A stretch of DNA of 64,000 nucleotides from Minisyncoccota bacterium (GTDB taxonomy: Bacteria > Patescibacteriota > Minisyncoccia > Phycocordibacterales > DASSSU01): the NCBI GenBank assembly GCA_035708305.1, contig DASSSU010000020.1:8481-72480 (forward strand), read 5' to 3'. A model generated the notes under the pieces. It searched no databases. It was not told the DNA's origin and was given only the letters and a program-made list of their open reading frames with translations. Shown here in pieces: positions 58,379 through 64,000 of the stretch; position 1 is the stretch's first letter; each line of letters begins with the position of its first letter. A program made the position numbers and the translations under genes.

Positions 58379-59212
58379 TTATCGTTTCAAAAACGCCAGT
58401 GCACCGTAGAGTCCGCCGAAGTCGTCAAGCTCCGCGTGCTTGATTTCTGGAAGTGTTGGATAAATATGCATGATCTTTTTCAGATGCTTCTCTACATCCG
58501 GAATATGAATTCCCACTTCTTTCATCATAGAACCACCGAGTACCAGCACGTGCGGCGACCAGTGTAAGATGGTGTTGTTCAAACCGCACGCGAGAAAACC
58601 CGCGAGCTTGTCCCAGTACGCTTCATCGTGTATTTCAAACGGCTTCTTGCCCGTTTGCTTTTCGACCGCCCGGCCAGAAATGAAGTCGATCAGGTAGCCG
58701 CTTTTGTTTTCCTCCGGAGAGAGCGTACCATCCGCATCAATCACCTGCCATCCCGGCTCAAAGCCATACACGCGATCGTCGATTTCGCCGTTTACAATTC
58801 GTGCACCTCCTACGCCGGTAGAAACCGTCATGTACACCACGATCTCATGCCCCCGCCCTGCGCCGTACACCGCCTCGCCGAGTCCGACCAACGCCGCGTC
58901 GTTCACCGTTTGGGCCGGTGCTTCCAGTGCATCCTCCAGAGCTTTTCGGATCAAAATGTTTTCTCCCCACTCCGGAATTGATGGCATACGGAAAAGTGTC
59001 GAACGGTCTTCCATAAATGGCCCCGCTGCATCCCCCGCTGCACGTTGGATTTTTTCTCCTTCCGCAATCAAAAGCGCCGCATCCCGAAACTTCCCCACAA
59101 ACTCGGAAAAATTTTTCGGCGTTTCAAAAACCACCGGCGTACTAAACGTATCCAAATTTCTCGATCCGGCAATGCGGGTTTTGGTTCCTCCGATATCAAA
59201 GACGATGTGCAT
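58379..59212 (-). CDS. ROK family sugar kinase
   Basis: FDIGGTK, NDAALVGLGE, TVSTGVGG, LGG. Confidence 0.92.
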   Translation of the reverse strand: MHIVFDIGGTKTRIAGSRNLDTFSTPVVFETPKNFSEFVGKFRDAALLIAEGEKIQRAAGDAAGPFMEDRSTLFRMPSIPEWGENILIRKALEDALEAPAQTVNDAALVGLGEAVYGAGRGHEIVVYMTVSTGVGGARIVNGEIDDRVYGFEPGWQVIDADGTLSPEENKSGYLIDFISGRAVEKQTGKKPFEIHDEAYWDKLAGFLACGLNNTILHWSPHVLVLGGSMMKEVGIHIPDVEKHLKKIMHIYPTLPEIKHAELDDFGGLYGALAFLKR

Positions 59213-59231
59213 GTTTTTGCAACTTTAAACT

Positions 59232-60146
59232 TTACGGTCTTGCTTTTCCGGCGGAGTTGAACGCGGCAAGCTTGCTTTCCACCACTTCCTGCACCACGCC
59301 CACCACGTATTTGTCGATCAGTTTCGAAACAGAATATTCATCAGGGTGATCCGCCAAGGCTTTTTCAAGCGCCTTTCGGTACGCAATCCGCATATCGGAA
59401 TTGATATTGATCTTTGTCACGCCAATACGCACCGCATCTTCAAAGTAGTGCCCTGGCGTATCGCTCCCGCCGTGAAGGCTGATGTTGCAGGGAATGGTAT
59501 TTCGAATCTTCTCCAAAAGCTCGAGATCCAGCTGCTTGGGTACCGGATACTTTCCATGCAGATTTCCTACAGCAGCTGCAAAGGTGTCTATTCCTGTTGC
59601 CTCCACAAAAGCCCGCGCCCCTTCGGGAGTGCTGAACGTTTTTTTGATTTCTTCGTAGTCAATCGTTTCGGTGTGGAGGTTGGAACTTCCGCTGAAATAG
59701 TGCGGCTCGGACTCCACCAGAGCGCCGGTTTTTTTGGCATATTCCACCACTTCTTTGGTTGCTGCAATGATTTCCTCATCCGTCGCATCGTGATTTGCCT
59801 GCGAAACATCGATATGGATAAACTCAAAACCCGCGTCAATGCCTTTCTTCGCCGCTTCCACGCTTGGTGAATGATCCAGGTTTACGTACATCTCAAGGCC
59901 ATACTCAGCTTTGAAGTTGTCTACCATGTCCCGCACATTCTGAAGACCTAAAACATCCACTTCCCCCTGACTCACCTCCACCAAAACCGGTGCATTTTTT
60001 GCGGCAGCGACGCGCGACACAGCTTTGAGCGTCGCTTCGTCATCGAGATTGAAAGCGCCAAACGCGTAGTGCTCCGTCCGCGCTCGCGACATGCTTTCTC
60101 TTGCTTTCGCACAATTTGCCTGCATTTGGTCGAGTGTTAATTCCAT
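59232..60146 (-). CDS. fba: Fructose-bisphosphate aldolase class II
   Basis: GAFN, NLDH, AVGNLHG, LHGGSD, KININSD. Confidence 0.93.
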   Translation of the reverse strand: MELTLDQMQANCAKARESMSRARTEHYAFGAFNLDDEATLKAVSRVAAAKNAPVLVEVSQGEVDVLGLQNVRDMVDNFKAEYGLEMYVNLDHSPSVEAAKKGIDAGFEFIHIDVSQANHDATDEEIIAATKEVVEYAKKTGALVESEPHYFSGSSNLHTETIDYEEIKKTFSTPEGARAFVEATGIDTFAAAVGNLHGKYPVPKQLDLELLEKIRNTIPCNISLHGGSDTPGHYFEDAVRIGVTKININSDMRIAYRKALEKALADHPDEYSVSKLIDKYVVGVVQEVVESKLAAFNSAGKARP

Positions 60147-60254
60147 GATTTCAGATTGAAAAATTCAGATTTGAAAAATTAAAAATTGTTTCCTTCCTTT
60201 TCTTCTCTTCCCTTCTTTTATTTCCAGCTTTTTGACTGTTCTCACACCTCCAAA

Positions 60255-60848
60255 CTACATCACATAAATCCGCAGACGAGCCGCAACCGCTTTCTGGGCG
60301 TGGTCCCGCGTCTTTGCTTCCGCAAGTGCCTGAGCGCAATCACCGTCGCAAAGCACTTCTTCCACCCATTTTGCAAAATCATTGCTCTCGCCTTCCGCGT
60401 GGTAGGCATACTGATCATCAGAAATAGCACCAAGTGCATCATGGAGATCGCGAAGGTTTTTTAAAATCGGGCCGTCATTTACCCAAAAAGCGGCATCGTC
60501 GGCAGCGTAGACCAGAGTAAGCTTTTGCGGTTCTTTCTTTTCTTTTCCGGCTACTCCGCTCTCTCTGTTCGTGTCATGCTTTTCTTTGTCACTCGCCCGT
60601 TTGACCTTGAGCCAAACTTTCGCCCCGCCTTTCTTCTCCCTCACTTCTGATTTTTCGTTTTTCTCAGATTTTTGTGTTCCGGAAATTTTTACCGGAAGTT
60701 TTTTGACGGTTTTTGCAGATCGCACAGAAACTTTTCTGGAAGGAAGAACCCCTCCCGCGGCTTTTTTCACGCGAGAAACGGTTTTTGGAGCACTTTTTGA
60801 AACGGCACGCGAATCCGCTGCCGGTGTTTTGGTTTTTTTCGTTGGCAT
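60255..60848 (-). CDS. Lys-rich N-terminal region plus DUF5752-like C-terminal domain
   Basis: AFWVNDG...NLRDL...YH...NDFAKWVEEVL; histone-like basic N-terminus. Confidence 0.7.
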   Translation of the reverse strand: MPTKKTKTPAADSRAVSKSAPKTVSRVKKAAGGVLPSRKVSVRSAKTVKKLPVKISGTQKSEKNEKSEVREKKGGAKVWLKVKRASDKEKHDTNRESGVAGKEKKEPQKLTLVYAADDAAFWVNDGPILKNLRDLHDALGAISDDQYAYHAEGESNDFAKWVEEVLCDGDCAQALAEAKTRDHAQKAVAARLRIYVM

Positions 60849-60994
60849 AATCTTAAGTTTAAACATAGCACAAGAAAAATGAGCCACGCCCTGATGTTTT
60901 CATTATACTCTCTCCGGCTTTTTTTCGAAACTGGATATCCACGCAAACTTTCCGCCCATTTTCTTTTCTGTTTTTTTGCGCTAGTATACAAAGC

Positions 60995-62749
60995 ATGAAA
61001 GATCCAGAAAAAGAAGCCCGGCTAAGCCATATTCGTCATTCCTTGGCGCACCTTTTGGCCATTACCGCGAAAGACTACGACCCGGAAGCGCGCCTCACGA
61101 TCGGACCCCCCACCCGAAACGGTTTTTATTACGATATTGAATTCCAAAAAGAAGCGCCGTCGAAAAAGGATTTGAAAAACTTTGAGAAAAAAATGCGCTC
61201 GCTGATCCGCGAAGGACTCGGCTTCAAGAGAGAAGAAGTCTCCGAAGAAAAGGCACGTGACTTTTTCGGGAAGAATCCCTACAAACTCGAGATCATTAAC
61301 GGCATTGTCGCAGAAAAGCAGCCGATTTCTTTCTACCACACGGGCAACTTCACCGACCTCTGCCGCGGCGGACATGTGGAAAGCACCGCGGAAATCAGCC
61401 CGGAAGCGTTCAAACTCACCGACATTTCCGGCGCATACTGGCGCGGGGACGAGAAAAACCCGATGCTCACCCGTATTTCCGGGATTGCGTTTGAAAGCAA
61501 AGAAGAGCTTGAGGATTTCCTCACACTCCAAGAAGAAGCAAAAAAGCGCGACCACCGCAAACTCGGCAAAGAGCTCGATCTCTTCACTTTCTCCGATCTC
61601 GTCGGTCCCGGACTTCCCCTTTTCACCCCCAAGGGCACGGCCATGCGGGAAGCGATCGTGGAAAAAATCCAGAGTATTCAAAAGCCGCTCGGATATCAAA
61701 ACGTCTGCATTCCCCACATCACAAAAAACGACCTCTACAAAAAATCCGGCCACTGGGAAAAGTTTGGCGATGAACTTTTCAAAGTAAAAGGCGGAAGCAG
61801 TAACACGGAGTTTGTGATGAAGCCGATGAACTGCCCGCATCACACGCAGATTTACGCCAGCTCACCAAAGAGCTACCGCGATCTTCCCGTGCGATACGCT
61901 GAAATCACCATGGTCTACCGCGACGAACAAGCCGGTGAACTCCTCGGACTCTCCCGCGTGCGCTCGATCACTCAGGATGACGCGCATATTTTCTGCACCG
62001 AAGACCAGATCGAAGACGAGATCAAAAAAATCATTTCTGTCGCCAAAGACTTTTATACTTCCCTCGAACTCTGGAGTGAAGAAAGCGTGTTTCTTTCCGT
62101 TTCGGTACGCGATCCGAAAACTCCTGAAAAATATCTGGGGGATGAAAAAACTTGGGATCAGGCCGAAATGATCCTTGAAAACCTCGCCGAGAAAACCGGA
62201 ATTCCATGGGAAAAAGTCGAAGGTGAAGCCGCCTTTTACGGTCCAAAGCTGGACTTCATGCTGAAAGACGCGCTCGGTCGGGATTGGCAGCTTGCCACCA
62301 TCCAGCTCGATTTCGTCCAGCCGGTTCGCTTCGGACTTGAGTACACCGCTTCCGACGGCACCAAAAAAACACCGGTCATGATCCACCGTGCGATTGCCGG
62401 ATCGCTTGAACGATTTCTTTCCGTGATCATTGAGCATTTCGCCGGAGCATTTCCTTTCTGGCTCGCGCCGGTGCAAGCTGCCGTCCTTCCCATTTCTGGA
62501 GAGCAAAACGAGTACGCGGAAAAAGTCGCGGAAGAACTCAGGGTAAAAAACATCCGCATAGAATCCTGGACCGGAAATGATTCCCTCGGCAAAAAAATAC
62601 GCGAAGGCAAAAAGCAAAAAATCCCCTACCTGCTCGTGGTAGGAAACAAAGAAAAAGATTCCGAAACCGTTTCCGTCGAAAGCCGCGATAACGGCGCGCT
62701 TGGAAATCAGACGATTGAAGAATTTCTTAAGGCCATGACAGAGAAATAA
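60995..62749 (+). CDS. thrS: Threonine--tRNA ligase (lacks N-terminal TGS domain)
   Basis: RHSLAHLL, DLCRGGH, RDHRKLG, KPMNCP, AFYGPK, MIHRAIAGSLERF. Confidence 0.98.
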   Translation: MKDPEKEARLSHIRHSLAHLLAITAKDYDPEARLTIGPPTRNGFYYDIEFQKEAPSKKDLKNFEKKMRSLIREGLGFKREEVSEEKARDFFGKNPYKLEIINGIVAEKQPISFYHTGNFTDLCRGGHVESTAEISPEAFKLTDISGAYWRGDEKNPMLTRISGIAFESKEELEDFLTLQEEAKKRDHRKLGKELDLFTFSDLVGPGLPLFTPKGTAMREAIVEKIQSIQKPLGYQNVCIPHITKNDLYKKSGHWEKFGDELFKVKGGSSNTEFVMKPMNCPHHTQIYASSPKSYRDLPVRYAEITMVYRDEQAGELLGLSRVRSITQDDAHIFCTEDQIEDEIKKIISVAKDFYTSLELWSEESVFLSVSVRDPKTPEKYLGDEKTWDQAEMILENLAEKTGIPWEKVEGEAAFYGPKLDFMLKDALGRDWQLATIQLDFVQPVRFGLEYTASDGTKKTPVMIHRAIAGSLERFLSVIIEHFAGAFPFWLAPVQAAVLPISGEQNEYAEKVAEELRVKNIRIESWTGNDSLGKKIREGKKQKIPYLLVVGNKEKDSETVSVESRDNGALGNQTIEEFLKAMTEK

Positions 62750-62930
62750 GTTTATTAAAATGAAATTCTTGCTTAACTTCAAAAACGTATAAATTAAATT
62801 CCTACCTGAGGCCTTAAACAAATTAAAGGGGATAACGCCAATTACCCTCTTTAATTTTTAAGATGATGCGTTTATCAAGCAATTTCCGAATATCAAAGAA
62901 TATCGGTCTTTCGCCCAACCAACAGAAAAA

Positions 62931-62954
62931 CCCCGCGTGATTAGTTCACGCGGG
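62931..62954 (-). terminator. Hairpin terminator
   Basis: CCCCGCGTGA-TTAGT-TCACGCGGGG with a T tract on the minus strand. Confidence 0.65.
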
Positions 62955-62979
62955 GGTGAAGATGAAGAAGATGCAATTC

Positions 62980-63192
62980 TTATGATTGCTTAATGACCAA
63001 ATAAAGCCATCGAAAAACAGCACCCCAAAAAGCTACCATCGCCACACCGAACAGCGCTGTTGAGCTCCAGTCAAAGTCCAGATGGAACATGAGAATTATG
63101 GAGACTATGAGTAAGGCGAGTAGTGTAAAGAAGAAACCGTATTCATCAGAACTCCACTTTTTAAACTCCTCAAATACTTTCTTTTCTACCAT
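62980..63192 (-). CDS. Small two-TM membrane protein
   Basis: GAGGAG RBS; MVEKKVFEEF... with two hydrophobic helices. Confidence 0.6.
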   Translation of the reverse strand: MVEKKVFEEFKKWSSDEYGFFFTLLALLIVSIILMFHLDFDWSSTALFGVAMVAFWGAVFRWLYLVIKQS

Positions 63193-63454
63193 TTCATTCT
63201 CCTCGGTCAAATGATTTTCCCTGCTTGAAAAAACAAGGCTACCCATTGTTAAAAAGCAATCCAGGAAGGAGAATAGCACGCTTTTCAAAGGTTTTCAAGA
63301 TTGCACTTCAGAGGCGAATGTTGCCCCGGTTTTTTAAACTCTTGTTTTTTCCTTTTCATGAATTTATGATACCTCACGGAGGACAAAAGCAAAAAACCTC
63401 TGTAATTTATTTTCTGTAACCGAAAAAGCGTAGCACGTGGAAGGAGAACTGTTT

Positions 63455-63961
63455 ATGGACTGCATTTTCTGCAAAATCGAAAGTGGTGAGGCGCCGGCGC
63501 ATAAAATTTGGGAAGATGAAAAGCATCTTGCCTTCCTTTCCATCTTTCCAAATACTGAAGGATTTTCCGTGGTCATCACAAAAGAGCATTATCCGTCATA
63601 CGTTTTTGATTTGCCGGATGATGTGCTGGAAGGTCTCGTTCGCGCCGCGAAGCAAACGGCGAAATTGCTTGATGAAAAGCTGAAAGACGTGGGAAGAACA
63701 GGAATGATCTTTGAGGGTTTTGGGGTTGATCATATCCATGCGAAGCTTTTCCCCATGCATGGAACCAAAATGCCGGAGTGGCAGCCGATTGAATCAAACG
63801 TCGATAAGTACTTTGAAAAATATGAGGGATATATCTCCTCTCATGATTACCGGCGAGAGAGTGATGAGAAGCTCCGGAATTGGCGAAGAAGATCGCACGA
63901 TAGACCAATAAAAAGCCTCGGCCATTTTAAGAAAAAAATCCTAGAAGCTCAACTTCTATAA
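63455..63961 (+). CDS. HIT family nucleotide hydrolase (probable frameshift near 63875)
   Basis: MDCIFCKI, AFLSIFPNTEG, VDHIHAKLFPMH; AAGGAG RBS. Confidence 0.88.
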   Translation: MDCIFCKIESGEAPAHKIWEDEKHLAFLSIFPNTEGFSVVITKEHYPSYVFDLPDDVLEGLVRAAKQTAKLLDEKLKDVGRTGMIFEGFGVDHIHAKLFPMHGTKMPEWQPIESNVDKYFEKYEGYISSHDYRRESDEKLRNWRRRSHDRPIKSLGHFKKKILEAQLL

Positions 63962-63973
63962 AAATGAAAAAGT

Positions 63974-64000
63974 AACCCCGGAGATTTAGTCTCCGGGGTT
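63974..64000. terminator. Hairpin terminator at the window end
   Basis: AACCCCGGAGA-TTTAG-TCTCCGGGGTT. Confidence 0.7.

Noticed and set aside
62750-62930. Hairpin and short ORFs downstream of thrS as a possible ncRNA or peptide
   Set aside because: Only an imperfect AT-rich inverted repeat; best explained as a terminator, with no further support.

Overview
Bacterial chromosomal segment, genetic code 11, with most genes on the minus strand. Gene content points to Patescibacteria/CPR, Parcubacteria-like (inference from the compact AlaRS and ThrRS, no rpmD between rpsE and rplO, a VirB2-like small pilin, a type IV pilus minor-pilin cluster, and Gmad2, DUF2341 and FIST-kinase modules). Housekeeping genes: alaS, trpS, thrS, rsmI, tRNA-Ile(GAU), ndk-map-adk, the distal spc operon (rpsN-rpsH-rplF-rplR-rpsE-rplO-secY), secDF, rodA, tpiA, fba and infC-rpmI-rplT. 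Main points of interest: (1) an AT-rich island between alaS and trpS encoding a single-cluster MoaA/viperin-like radical SAM enzyme coupled to a CMPK2-like nucleotide kinase and followed by a NUDIX hydrolase, a candidate new nucleotide-modifying (antiviral) system; (2) two ~135-nt rod-like palindromic elements with compensatory changes, abutting the rpsN and rpsH stop codons; (3) a very short (~125 nt) 6S-RNA-like gene with its own promoter and terminator; (4) a GT2/GT-C/flippase/GH8 glycan cluster; (5) an orphan encapsulin-type ferritin, small ORFs next to tRNA-Ile, and several apparent single-base frameshifts. All family assignments come from motif recognition by eye; no database search or folding program was run.
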